Shown here one piece after another: positions 34,797-46,879 of a stretch of DNA of 64,000 nt (position 1 is the stretch's first letter; each line of letters starts with the position of its first letter). The notes beneath the pieces are model-generated. The model was not told where the DNA came from, made no database searches, and saw nothing but the letters and a program-made list of their open reading frames with translations. The stretch lies in the NCBI GenBank assembly GCA_905178155.1, contig CAJINV010000001.1, positions 12,135,832 to 12,199,831 of the forward strand, read 5' to 3'. The position numbers and the translations under genes are program-made. This stretch comes from Amoebophrya sp. A120. Taxonomy: Eukaryota > Protista > Dinoflagellata.

Positions 34797-36379
34797 AGGT
34801 CACACACATCAAGAATATGCAGATCAGTTCCGTTAATAGCACCTGACCGAGGGATCTGCGCAAATTGGTTCAAAATTACACACGATAGAAGGTCACTGGT
34901 CATGATAGCGAAACTCGAGAGCAATGAAAAAGTGCACGAAACATGGATCTGAATCCTTTACGGGCAGCCTCCGTTTGGCATCTTTGTTGTAACTGATGCC
35001 AACCCGTTTAGCTGCCCTAAAGTAACTCAGCTCTTCCTATCTCCAGCATTATTGATATGCTGAGAGATGATGTAACGCTGGCACATCCACATACACATCG
35101 ATTTTTAGGTTTCTCCTCTAAAATGCGAAAACGCATTTGTAGTACAAGGAAGGTTCACTGGTTTACATGCACCCGAGCTTTGTGGTGATTCTTCGTTTCC
35201 ATATCGAGCGTGGCCGGCCGCGCGAAGAAGGCCCGGGAATTCCTGTGAGGGCGCACTATTACGGGTGACAGAATCACTTTTGAGGAGTCCTGCACGTGGA
35301 GGAAGCCTGGGAATGTCGAATCTGCTGTACGCAGTTCCTTCGCATCAAGAAATAAAAGAGAACTCGTTTGAGAATATCGAGCTGTGAGCTGTGTTTACTG
35401 TTTCGTTTAACTTTTTGCTTTCGATGAACACTATGCTTAGTGTGTTGATTTAGAAATGTGTGACGGTCAACAAAGGTCCGCTGCCGGATGTTTATGCTAC
35501 ACTACGGAACTTTAACCTTTTGCTTTTGCTAGACCTTACATCTAAAGATTTTGAAGAGCCGGCAGAATTTTGAACTTCTCTTTTACGTTTCGGTTTCCTA
35601 GAACTTATGTTTATGAAAATTGTTGTTGATTATAGAGATAGAGGACACAGGCAAGAAGGGTCAGATTTGGTGACTGAGAGGAAACCTAAATTGTCGCAGA
35701 GCAAGTGTGTTTCGAATTCGAAGTTCAAGTATATATTTTGAAAATTTCAGCAAACAGAAACAAGATACGGAAAGTGAATGGCATGGCTTTACGGGAAAGC
35801 GGAGTTGTTCTCTCCAGTCGGTTCTTGGAAGATGTTTGCAGTCGGTCTACTTGTAATAAATTGTTGTAGGCGAAAAACTCCTCGTCACTGCATGACGATT
35901 CGTGAGCCTCTTGACTGCAGATCGAGTGAGTGTGAAGATGATGCAACGACCGTTGAATGATCTAAAGAACAGCTGAACAAAATACATTGAAGGATCTTCA
36001 CGAAAAGGAGCCGATCCACCACATCTAAATTCGTTGAGTCGATGTTCCCAATGCATGAAGGACAAGGATCTGAGTTACAGAGGAAATTGCTCAGCAGAAA
36101 AGAGATCAAAGCCACGATCCGCCTACCTTGCTACCGTAACCAGAAAGATCAAAATCTTGGTTCTCCCGCTGGTCCGATCGGATGATAGAAAATAACTGGG
36201 ATCAAATTCACATTCAAAAATGTCCGAGCTTAGTTTTTAGATGCTTACCTCGCCATCGTAATCATTTCCATCCTGCACTTATTTTCACTTTCACAACAGG
36301 GACACGAACCTAAATCTGTTTAGGTTCTGTATTGTGGATTTGTGAATCGAGACATCAAAACCAAAACCAAAACTTCAAA

Positions 36380-37278
36380 ATGGTGACCGCCCAGAAGCGA
36401 TTGGCCGCCAGCATCAAGCGCTGCGGCGTTAACAAGATCTGGCTGGACCCCAATGAGATGACCGAGATCAAGGCCGCCAACTCCCGCTTGGCAATCCGCA
36501 AGCTGATCAAGGATGGTCTCATCATTCGCAAGCCGCAGACCATTCACTCCCGGGACCGCGTCCGTATTGAACTGTTGTTTTCGGCTGATTTGGATTTAGA
36601 TTTGGATTTAGACAATTTTGAGTTCTTGAATGCAGCAACATCATCGACAAAGTGAGCTGAGCTGGCTTGGTATGCATGAGAGATTCACTTCAACTTGTTG
36701 AATATACGGTCGTTCATCTTTAAAACGATTCCTCCCCGCAGGTAAAAACTTGGCTGCCAAGCGCAAGGGACGTCACACCGGAACCGGAAAGCGCAAGGGT
36801 ACCAAGGACGCCCGTATGCCGCAGAAGGTTTTGTGGATGCGCCGCCAGCGCGTCTTGCGTCGTCTGTTGAAGAAGTACCGTGAGGCCAAGAAGATCGACA
36901 AGCACCAGTACCACAAGTTCTACCTCAAGTGCAAGGGTACAGAATTATTTCGATTCCTTTTTTTGTTGCAAAAAGTTCTTTCTTTGAGAAGCGGAGATTT
37001 TGACCCACGTGAGTTGTGATGCACTAGGTTGCATGACAATCGGTTCTTCGCATGTAATCTCAGCATGACAACCTTACAACACTATCTAAACAGGTAACGT
37101 GTACAAGAACAAGCGCGTCCTGATTGAGTTCATCCACAAGGACAAGGCGGAGTACATGAAGAAGAAGGCCCTGATCGAACAGCAGGAGGCTAAGAAGACC
37201 AAGGCCCGCGCCACCCGTGAGCGCAAGGCCGTCGCCAAGGAGGCCAAGATCGCCGAGGAAAAGGCCAAGAACAAGTAA
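36380..37278 (+). CDS. RPL19: 60S ribosomal protein L19 (eL19)
   Basis: QKRLAAS...KIWLDPNE...[15 protein letters not shown]; [15 protein letters not shown]; [16 protein letters not shown]. Introns 36564-36741 and 36937-37093. Confidence 0.97.
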
Positions 37279-38277
37279 ATCTGAGGTCTCAACAAGCGGA
37301 ACTTGCTTCGGTTTTTGAGTGAAGAAGAGGGTCATGTGGAGATTATTGACGTTTGTCCGGAGCTGCGATAGTGTAGTTCTGGCTTGTCAGCAACTTCACG
37401 ATGTCTGATTTCGAATCTTCTGACTGAGAAAGATAAACCATTTTGATGTGGTTCGAACGTGAACAACCTGGTACAGTCTCAATTCACAATCCATAGAACA
37501 AATAGATGAACAGAGAGAGCCGCTGTACGAGGGCTCTTTTTGCCGCATGGGTGTATCGGTGTCATCAAAAGTGTTCATGTCGTCTAGAACAACAGAGTAA
37601 AGTGCGTTCTGAGTCTAGTAGGTACGGCGCGTCGTTTGACACACTGAGTGGGCGATGCACTGCACGGATGACCGTGTCTGCGACGTTTGTATCTTCAAAG
37701 AGAGATAGGCTGCAGTGAATCTAAAAAACTGTTTAAACCCACTACTTCCGCTTTGGGCGAGAATTTCCCCTTCTTGTTCTCGCTCTAGTTCCGGAACTCA
37801 ACCTGTCTGTTTGTACCGCGAGCATTGTCCCCATCTTGATTCGTCGATTTCGATGCGCCAGTGATTCCATTGAATCTGAAGGTGAAAGAGTGAGCGACTT
37901 TTGGACCACACACAAAGCTCTGAGGATCGACACGTCGGCACGATTGAAAAAAATCGCGGAATATTTCCAGTATCTGCACCAGGTCGCCTTCTCGCAGCAT
38001 CTCGAGTCACGTAGCCGATTCATTGGAAACAGCGGACGGAGCGGATCATTGTCCTCTTCCTGTTCCGATTTTCGACGCCTGAACAATAGATACGAGGCAG
38101 AGACGGCTCGTAGGTATCGGCGTTTTGTCCAGTGTTGTGGAGCAATGTTTTGATTGCTTGCCGTGTAGGGACATGAAGAGCTAGGAGTTGGAGGAAACTA
38201 GTTCGGCATGTTGATGTAGTCACTAAACAAACGTCCAATTCCAGCGCTGCAAAGTTGAAGTACACACTCGGGGAAGG

Positions 38278-39910
38278 ATGTCAGCCTCGACAGTACAGCG
38301 CATATCTCGCGAGCTAGAGGAGCTCACGGGGAAACTCGACACCGTTAAGGACATACTCGGGACTGCGGATGCGAGCTCGAAGGCGTTTGTCGATGATTTC
38401 TATGAACAGGGAAGTGGCAGGCTTTTCCGCACCTGCCTTGCTTTGACATGCTTGTGTATCAGGGTCTGAAGATCAGTTTCCGGCACATGATAGTTTTTCA
38501 AAGTTGTGCCGGTCGCAAGGCAGATGTGACGGGAGGGCTATGCTTCTTCCGTTCGATAATTGTATGACCGAATGTCGGCAGCACCACGACTTTTTGCAGG
38601 GGAAAACCGAGTACGTGCTCACAGAAGGTACTTCAGCAAAGCCGTTGTGATCATGAATCCTTTCGATACACAAAAGCTGATGTCTCTCGCGTAACCGTCG
38701 AGACGCAACGCGGGATAATGCCATCTATCGTAATCGTCAAGTACTTTTCTATCCAGGTAGCCAAGCAGACCCTTCGATCGATGGGGAGGTGTTGTTTAGC
38801 CAGATGGTTGACGCGCTGGAGAAGTACAATCAAGTCGACGTGGAGTATAACGAATGGATCGCAAAGCTGCTTTACCAAGGTGACGCGCAAGCCGAACCCG
38901 GAATGACTGCATCACAACCCGCACCAGAATCTAGATCAGCGCCGGCGCAGCACAAATCCGCCCCTGCGCAACCAAGCACTTCCTCGCAACAGAGCCTCGC
39001 GCCGGAGTATACAGGTGCGGGTAGCAAGAGCGCCCCACCCCCAGCCGCATCTGTACTACAGCCCGTTTCGTTACAAGAACCGCCACAGAGTAGTGCCTAC
39101 TCGGACAATTTGTCGCAGAAGTCGCTCGGTGGCCCGAACGAAACCCTGGCTGCCCCGGCGACGGGGTCTAAAAAGAAAACCGGTTCGAAAAAGAAGAAGA
39201 AAGAGCAGCAGGCTGACGTGTTTCGCCAGGGAGGTGACGTGTTCCCGCAGGACAGCGACTTTTTTCCCGGCGCCTTTGATGCCTTTCCCGCCGCAACGGA
39301 AGAGGTACCGGCGTTCGACGCCTTCCCCAGCGTCACCGAGCAGCCAGCAGCGCCGTCCGTAGTACAGCCGGCGTCGTCACTCGGGTCGAAAGAGATCGCC
39401 GCGACAGCCCCAGTGATGACGCAGTCGGTACCTGCGGCTCCTGTAGTTTCAGGAGCGGAGCAACAGCCGCCAGTAGTGACAACCACTTCCAATCTTGTAG
39501 CACCCGCCACGAATGTTGTCGCAGCGTCGATGCAGCAGTCTGCACCCGTGGTCCTTAATACCGCGGATACAGCAACCGGCCCAGCAGCAGTTGCAGCGCA
39601 GCAGGTATTTGCGGCACCAACAGCAGGTGCAGGAATTCCAGCAGGGGTCGTGCCGCAAGTAGTCGCGACAGCACCGGCGGTTTCCGCGATTCCTTCAAGC
39701 GTGGTGGCGCCCCCGGGACGGATGCGGTGCGTGTTGCGGCTGTCGAACTTGAAGTTGACCGACATCGAGCAGACCGTGGGCACCGAGATCTTCTCGCAAC
39801 TTTTTCAGGGGCACGTGGCGCAGGCGTGTGGGGTTGCGCCGGAGAGGATCGTGTTGACAGGCATCAGCGACCGGGTGTCCCCGGCGGTGCCGCAGACCGT
39901 GCCCTTCTGA
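38278..39910 (+). CDS. Probable trafficking adaptor with a GAT-like helical domain and DxF/FDAF motifs
   Basis: Exons 38278-38400, 38564-38627 and 38757-39910. RISRELEELTGKLDTVKDIL...ECRQHHDFLQ...EVLFSQMVDALEKYNQV resembles TOM1/GGA GAT domains. DFF and FDAF motifs occur in the disordered tail. Confidence 0.6.
38401..38558. mobile_element. Degenerate introner, family G (158 bp)
   Basis: Left end tatgaacagggaag...cacctgccttgc pairs with right end gcaaggcagatgtg...cttccgttcgata. TSD atttc/attgt. Removing the element plus 5 nt gives DDFMTECRQ in frame. Confidence 0.7.
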
Positions 39911-40624
39911 GGGTGGAAGTCGCTGTGAAAGAGAAGGAAGTTAATTATGCAGGCACAATTCAAGGAAGAGAAACAGTGAGTATAGAGAAACAGAAAATGA
40001 ACCGCTGTGTTGAGCAACACGACAGGATTCAATCGAAACTTGATGAAGAGATCGGTGTGAGTTTTTTTGAAAGGACGCACACACACCATCCGAAATGAGC
40101 GAGAAGGAATGATATTAATGCGGCTCAGAAGACATCCTCCGTCCGTCTCCGTTTTTAGAAATACGATCCTGATTCCGACCACGCGCGGGAAGTTGCGTCG
40201 ATGTGGCCAAGAGTGCCTCGCCCTTCGGCTCTGCAAAGGCATGGGCCACGACTCAAAATGATCGTTTTTCTTTCGTCGGCGCTACCTGAACAGGAGAATG
40301 GAAAATTTTGACCTGCACGTAAATACGCAGTCCGATGGAAAAAATTTTGTGTTGACGCAGCACATACAGTAGGTAGCGCGAGAATGATAAAAGATTGATA
40401 CCTGGTGAGAACAAAGCCGTGTATGTTGGAGAAAAGAGAGGATATGCCGCGTGGCTGATGTGGATAGACGAGAATCTACAATCAAAAAAGCTTGTTTATT
40501 CCTTTCCTATCTTTGACTTTGCAGTCATGGTCCCTTCCGTCTGTCGGTTTGTTGTATCGCAGACATTTAGCGACGTGGTATATTTCAGGTGACACCCTCG
40601 TCTTTGATTTGCTCGCTCATCAAC

Positions 40625-41416
40625 ATGGTGCTCGTTATCGATGTGACTTCGGACTTTGCTTGTCCTTGGTGCTACGTGGGGTTCAAGCGCCTGGAGAACG
40701 CGGTCTCGAAAAGTTCCGAGCAGGTGGACATCCGCTGGCACCCCTACATGATTGACCCAGCCACGCAGAAGAGCGGCGAGCCCTACCTCGCGTACAATCG
40801 TCGTCGCTGGGGCGGTGATGGGTGGGTGGCCGGGATGAAGCGCGATGCCCTCCGCGACGGCTGTACATTTGAGAATTGGGGCGGGCAGAATCCGGACAGC
40901 GTCTGGGCACACACACTGCACGCCCACCGTTTGATGCTTTTCGTGAAGGACCGAATCAAAGTCGTGAATGGCAGGGAAGGACAAGGAGATCTTCAGGTGG
41001 GAACAACAAATCTGGAGCATTTGTTGAAAAAGAAACTTTTCGAGGAGTACTACGAAAAGGGGCGGAATATCTCGCTGACTTCCGAGTTGACCCGGATCGG
41101 CCAAGAGTTCCTCGCGGAGCAGCACGGGTGTCTACACGAACGCGGCATCAAACTTGCTGAGGCGTCGAGTGCAGCATCCGAGGGGGCAGCTGGTTTGTCG
41201 CTGGAAGACCTGCAGGAAAAGCTCGCCAAATTCATGGCCTCGACGGACGAGCGGGACGGGTACGCGGAGGTGCTTTCGCAAGACAAGCGGGCGAAGACGC
41301 GCGGGGTATCTGGCGTGCCGTTCTTCGAAATTCGGGGGGTCAGGCACAAACCCTTTTCCGGGGCGCAACCGACGGAATTTTGGGAGGACGTCCTGGCGCA
41401 ATTGGCGGAAAAATGA
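40625..41416 (+). CDS. DsbA/FrnE-like thioredoxin-fold oxidoreductase
   Basis: IDVTSDFACPWCYVG, TLHAHRL and GVSGVPFF (cis-Pro loop). Confidence 0.9.
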   Translation: MVLVIDVTSDFACPWCYVGFKRLENAVSKSSEQVDIRWHPYMIDPATQKSGEPYLAYNRRRWGGDGWVAGMKRDALRDGCTFENWGGQNPDSVWAHTLHAHRLMLFVKDRIKVVNGREGQGDLQVGTTNLEHLLKKKLFEEYYEKGRNISLTSELTRIGQEFLAEQHGCLHERGIKLAEASSAASEGAAGLSLEDLQEKLAKFMASTDERDGYAEVLSQDKRAKTRGVSGVPFFEIRGVRHKPFSGAQPTEFWEDVLAQLAEK

Positions 41417-41794
41417 AAAACAAAAAGAATTGGTTTTTTCGCTTTGAGTTACCGCAGTCATTCATATCGAGAGGGAAAAACTAAAAAGAACATAAAGACG
41501 AATGCAAGAATGCTCCTGAATGGCATCAGTAGGTCGCTCCTACATGCTTGCCCTTGGGTGTCAAAAGTTGTTCAGTCCAATTGCAATTTTCGAAAAGCTT
41601 GTCGTCCTTGTTGATTCTTTGTGTCACGAAAATCGATCTCTTTGTGGTGACAAGTAATGCCGCTGATGCATCCGTCGAGCTAGCGTTCCGTGCGAGCCTC
41701 AATGAATTGTGTCGGCAAAATAGTTTTCGGCGTAGGTTACTTTTCCATCAGTTTTGGCTTTCAGAACGAACTAGAACTCTTCGCGGAGAACATC

Positions 41795-42499
41795 ATGGCT
41801 TCCAGTTCGACAACGCAGGCGCCGGAGCGTGCAGAGACTCACCCGCCTGGGTCTCATGTTGGCCTGATTACCGACGTGGTGCAGCAGTTCCTTTGCAAAG
41901 AGGAGCAAATTGACCACCGGCCTCTGTGCCTTATCGTGTGTGCCATTCATGCGCAGGAAGGGCGACATTGTTGTGCGGTGACATGTTGCACGCAGGTCAA
42001 GCGGGGAAGACATGGAGAAACGGCCCGGCCTTTATATACAGCGCATTCACTGAAGACGGGGGAAGATGGCAAGGATCCTTTCCTCAACATTGCTGCTGTG
42101 GCTGTGCAGCGAGAACTGCATGGCACGGCGCTGCACGAGCGTTTCCATAAGTACGAGGTTCGTGACTACTACCAGCCAAGCGACGTGGCCGCAACGTTCT
42201 CGACCACTAGCCCCGACGCCCTCTGCTCGCTTCTCTTCAGCGCTTACTTTCACGCTTCGGAGAAACTGCAATGGGCCAATGTTTTTCGCTCGAACAACGA
42301 TCTCCAGGATCTTGGTTTTTTTCTTGTGCCGATGTCTTGGGAACCTGAAAATGAAAAATCTAGCGCAGTTTTTGGGTCGAAGCTGCTTCGTCCGCCGTTC
42401 GATCGAGACCCCGCACCTGCGCGCGCGAAGTTTTTCGAGGAGTCGCGGGGATGCTTCAAGTCTTTCCTCGACGTGCTTGAGTCGACACAATTCAGCTAG
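41795..42499 (+). CDS. Hypothetical protein
   Basis: Open frame with coding-like composition from ATG 41795. No family recognised. Confidence 0.5.
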   Translation: MASSSTTQAPERAETHPPGSHVGLITDVVQQFLCKEEQIDHRPLCLIVCAIHAQEGRHCCAVTCCTQVKRGRHGETARPLYTAHSLKTGEDGKDPFLNIAAVAVQRELHGTALHERFHKYEVRDYYQPSDVAATFSTTSPDALCSLLFSAYFHASEKLQWANVFRSNNDLQDLGFFLVPMSWEPENEKSSAVFGSKLLRPPFDRDPAPARAKFFEESRGCFKSFLDVLESTQFS

Positions 42500-43781
42500 C
42501 CTTCTACGAGATGCCACAAGAGCAGACATCAATGATTTTCCCTTCTTCGTCTTTCTGTGGTGCATTTGTTCCGTGGCGCGCAGCTTTGATTTTGAATGCG
42601 GCTGCATTTTTTTTTTTTTTTTGCACGGCCGGACACCGCTAAAGCGGGCGGTGCCTCGCCATGCAAGATGTTTTAGAGTTTCGCTCTGAAGCAGACATTT
42701 ACTCGCAGAAAACTCGACAGTGCCCAGACAGTTTCTCGCCCACCTAGAGGCGAACACACATGTTGATTTTGAATGCGGGGACAGAAGATCCTCTCTCTGA
42801 CACGCACCCAAGATTAAAATGGGTGCTGTATGTAGCAACAAGGTCGCCGCGAACGCAAAATAGAAAAGCAAGCCTGTTTGCAGCTGCGCCGCCCTGCATA
42901 CGCCCGCGGGTATTATGTTCCACCCAGGATCGATGTTGGCGAAAGGGGTTCAAGTTGCACCAGAGCAGTGCCTGGATGACCTGCGTTTTTGACTTTCGTG
43001 TTGTTCGAGGTAGAATGCGCGTGATTGATGCAGATGATCAAGTAAGATGGTGTTGGTGCCTAAGCCAGCTACATTACCAAAACCAGTATGTTTATCTGCA
43101 TCAACTCCGCACCACACTGACCGCGATCAACTTCGTCAGCAACGCCACCGTATCACATTCCTCCATTGATTCTCACTCTCGATCTTTATTTGCAGCAGAA
43201 AGATCTCGTCCTACGGCAAAGTCAATTTCTGGATCATCATCCATCGAAAAAACTTGCGGTTGCCGATGACGCACAGCGGAGCGACGCCTTTTACGTAGAT
43301 CCATGTTGCAGATTAGAGGATCGCATGTTTGAAAATGAACATGAATGAAGATGAGTACAAAAGTCGCACAACTTAACCGAAGCTGTAGAGAATTCATTCT
43401 CTCTTGAGGGAAAATTGTTACAGAACCTCGTTGTAGAAGCACCCCGACGGTTTTTAGAAGATCACATGGCTTTCGCTTTCTTATGCCTAATAACGCAGGT
43501 GGATAGCCTCTCCTCGTTCTCAATTCGGATATGCTGAAAATCGACGAGCCTGAAATTTGAATACACAGTTCCGATGAATAAAAAGCTCAACTACAAGTAA
43601 GTAAATCAATCCCATGCGTAGTAACAAGCTCAGGTCCTCAACAGTCACCTGCTTCATACATTACATAAAAAAACCAATTCTTTCACATTTCGATTTCTCG
43701 TATGACTGGGTAGCGTATTGGTTTCTTACATAAAGTTAGTTTCGTTGAACCACACCAGCACAATAAAAAAGGGCTAAAGCC

Positions 43782-44545
43782 ATGAGCCGACAAGCGACGG
43801 TGCAGGCTTTGAAAAACAAGCTCACGGAGTTGTACAGGGAGCACAACCCGGAGAAAGTAAAAGACATAGAATACCTGCTGAAGAAGTACGAGAACAACGA
43901 GAATCTCCTGTACAACTCAGTATGCCAGAAATACGAAATCCCAGGTATTTTTTCTGTCGTGGTGTAGACTGTGCTATCTTTACCTTTGTCATGTGCTTTT
44001 TGTGGGATGTAGTTTTTTGGAAACAGATTGTCCGTAACCGCACTGTTTTGTATTGGCCGAATAAAATAAGAATAACAAAAACCATCACGCACAGCTGATC
44101 CGCTGACGAGGAAAGTAAAGGAGTGGGACGCAGCAACGGGCAAGAACAACTGCCAGATAATATGCAACACGACGGGCGAAGTTTTAGAGACAATAGACGA
44201 GGTAAGCTTGTTCTTTTTTTTTTCGACCTCTGGAAGGCGTCCGATTCGCTTGTGCGCTGCTCTGCGAGAGTTTCCAGCGCTTGTGGAAAACAAAAAAAAA
44301 CAAATCCATCAACAACTACATTTCAACAGGACGGCGACGCTGAGGAGGACGAGTATGATCCCTTCTCCGAGAATCCGTCGCAAGACAAAGACAAAATCAC
44401 AGAGCAGGTGATAAAAGACATCGACTGCGCGCTCCTCGGGGAAAAAGAATCGAACATGTTCTCCATTCCAAAAGACGACGCACCCATGGAGGAGGAAACG
44501 AAGCTGAAGAAAGTAACCGCCGTGGATTCCATGGGAGAGCTCTAA
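43782..44545 (+). CDS. Small protein with a YxxHNPEK...LLxKY...E..L...KY helical motif
   Basis: Exons 43782-43944, 44095-44201 and 44330-44545 (GT-AG, in frame). Confidence 0.75.
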
Positions 44546-45687
44546 CAGAGAGGGTGCTTCAGCAGAACGTATCCATCACGCCAGCGACACCAGGAGCATT
44601 GTCGAAATCCCAGCGATGCTCGGAATGTACGTCCAATGTGCTGCGGACGGCGCACTTTCTGTACGCAGCACCAGTACCTAGTAGCCCCTCCTTTCCAGCA
44701 TCCCTGGAGAGACCCACAGATTTGACCGAGCGCAAGCGTTGGACGGCCAACTTCGATAGCAGTAGTTCAGCCGCTCATGATCAGAATCCTCGTCCCGGCG
44801 AAAAAAGTCCTCCTAGATGGGTAAGTTGCGCACACAAGGTTCGTCGCGCGCTAAGTAACGGGATGCCAGCTTGGCGGTTGTAGGGCATCCATGCTAGCGC
44901 AACGTACTTGGACAAGCATGATACGCAAGCGGAAACACGAAAGTTGCCTATGCTCGCAAGGGATGACGAGATACAACGGAGCCAATCATGAGCAGCGGCG
45001 TGCGACTCCGACACGCGCGCGGTCCCCCTGCTAGTACTAAGTAGCACCATCGCAATAGAACAAACTGAATCGGCTTTAATATTTGCCGCAGAGACTCCAT
45101 CTTGATCGGATTCGGAATTGCTGTAGCAGATGTCACCAGAGAGATGTGTTCGCTTGGAGTTCTTGACCAGATGCAGCTCTCACTAGACGTTATTTCTTAG
45201 TGCGTTTCGTTTCGAGTTCGTCTTCGTGCGTGAGGACGAGGAGTGAAAAGATTCTGACATAAGACACTAAGAAATTGCAATTTTGTTCGGAGCAGCATTT
45301 ATTATTTTGATTATCGAAACTCAAACTACAAACCGCCGCCCTGGTTTTTTAAACAAGCACTGAAAAGAACCTTCATGCGTCTTTATCAATCTTTTATTGG
45401 TTGGAAAAGCTCCGCGTCCGCTTGGCGTCTCGAATCACCTCATAACGCGGTTGGCAAGCTTAGTACTTGCTCGACTAAGCTTATCGTTTTACTTTCTGAA
45501 ATCTTCTCGACTGCTTCTACATACGTATGAGATAGGGCTAAAGTGGTCACAAACCGTAGCTGCTATGATAATCATCTTCCGCCGCTTCGCTACTTGCAAA
45601 AATAAATTTTCCAATGCTCTGAAAATAATCTAAATTCTTCTAGCGCTACCTGGAGAACACGCACCTAGAAACTGAATTTTCCCAGCC

Positions 45688-46742
45688 ATGGTCACTTTAG
45701 CGTCGGCGCCGTCATCTTCGTTTTCCGCAAGCCAACGGCAGGAGCGGAAGCGCGACAAGATGCGGCATTCGATGGTTGACATTGCGCTCGTTGCGTGGGA
45801 GCACTGCACCCGGAAAAATTTGCTGCCGCTGGCCTGCTATGTCTGCCTCGTCGGATCGGTCCTCGCGTTCTGCACGTAAAATTTCCTCTGTTTTTTGTCC
45901 ATTTTTCGGCCGTTCGTTTCCGTTCGTTCACAGTCAAGATTCAAGAAAAACTGACAGTCAAGAGGACCTTTTTCATGATATGTCACAAGACCACAGAGGA
46001 AAAGCAACACACACCAACCCTTACAACTAGGTGGATCGAGTTCGACCTGTTCAAGTTTCTGATCAAGAAGCGGTACCGCAACGCCATCTATATGTGGGCA
46101 GTGCACGTATTTATCGCGATTATCACCTGCAAGTACTACTACAACGAGCGGGTTCGGGACGTGTTGAAGCGGTGGATGGTTAAGTGTGTCATCCTGAAGC
46201 GAAAGGAGCGGCAGTCCTTCTTCTACTACAGCACCACGTCGCGCCGCACGGTCGCGACCCAGTGCTCCCTGCTGTCGCCGGAAGAGGAGAGTAGAAATGG
46301 AAGCAAGGACGACAGTGCTGGTGCAACTGACGACGCAGAAGCAGAGTCCTCGCCGTCGTCATCCGGTTCGCAGCGCAGCCGCGCCGGGTCGGACGACGAG
46401 GTCAAGATGGAGGCGTTTGCGGGCCTCGAGCCCTCCGAAGAGGAGCGCAGCATCGTGCGGACAAACTTCTTTGCAGCGATGGGCATCTACGCGGTCGTGT
46501 TCGTTGCACATGTGCTCTCACTCGTGATGTGCTTGCTGCTCACGTTCACCTTGGTGCCGGTGTACTCGCTTGTGAAAGACACCGTCGACTTCTTCTACGC
46601 CATCGGGGCGCGCTTTTCGCTCGCCTTCTCCTCGAAGCGTGAGGAGCCACAAGCGAGCCTGGTGCACGACACGGGGATAAAGACAGAAGGCGACAGCGCC
46701 ACCGTGGGAAGTGATGAGCAACAGGTGACGAAGAAAAGATGA
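45688..46742 (+). CDS. Membrane protein, about 3-4 transmembrane segments
   Basis: Exons 45688-45875 and 46031-46742 joined across a GT-AG intron (FCT|WIEF). Confidence 0.7.
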
Positions 46743-46879
46743 TAGAGTGCTACTTACCTGTGTGAAGCTGCTGCTTTGCTTAGTGAAGTAGGCACATTCT
46801 TCAGTTACTCCCTTATTTTCAAACGAACTGCAAACGTCTACCGTAAAGCTAAGGCAAATCAAAGAAACACTCGCAAGAA

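Noticed and set aside
37836-38153. 105-aa ORF upstream of the GAT-like gene
   Set aside because: No recognisable motif, no ATG start and no frame-compatible splice that I could establish.
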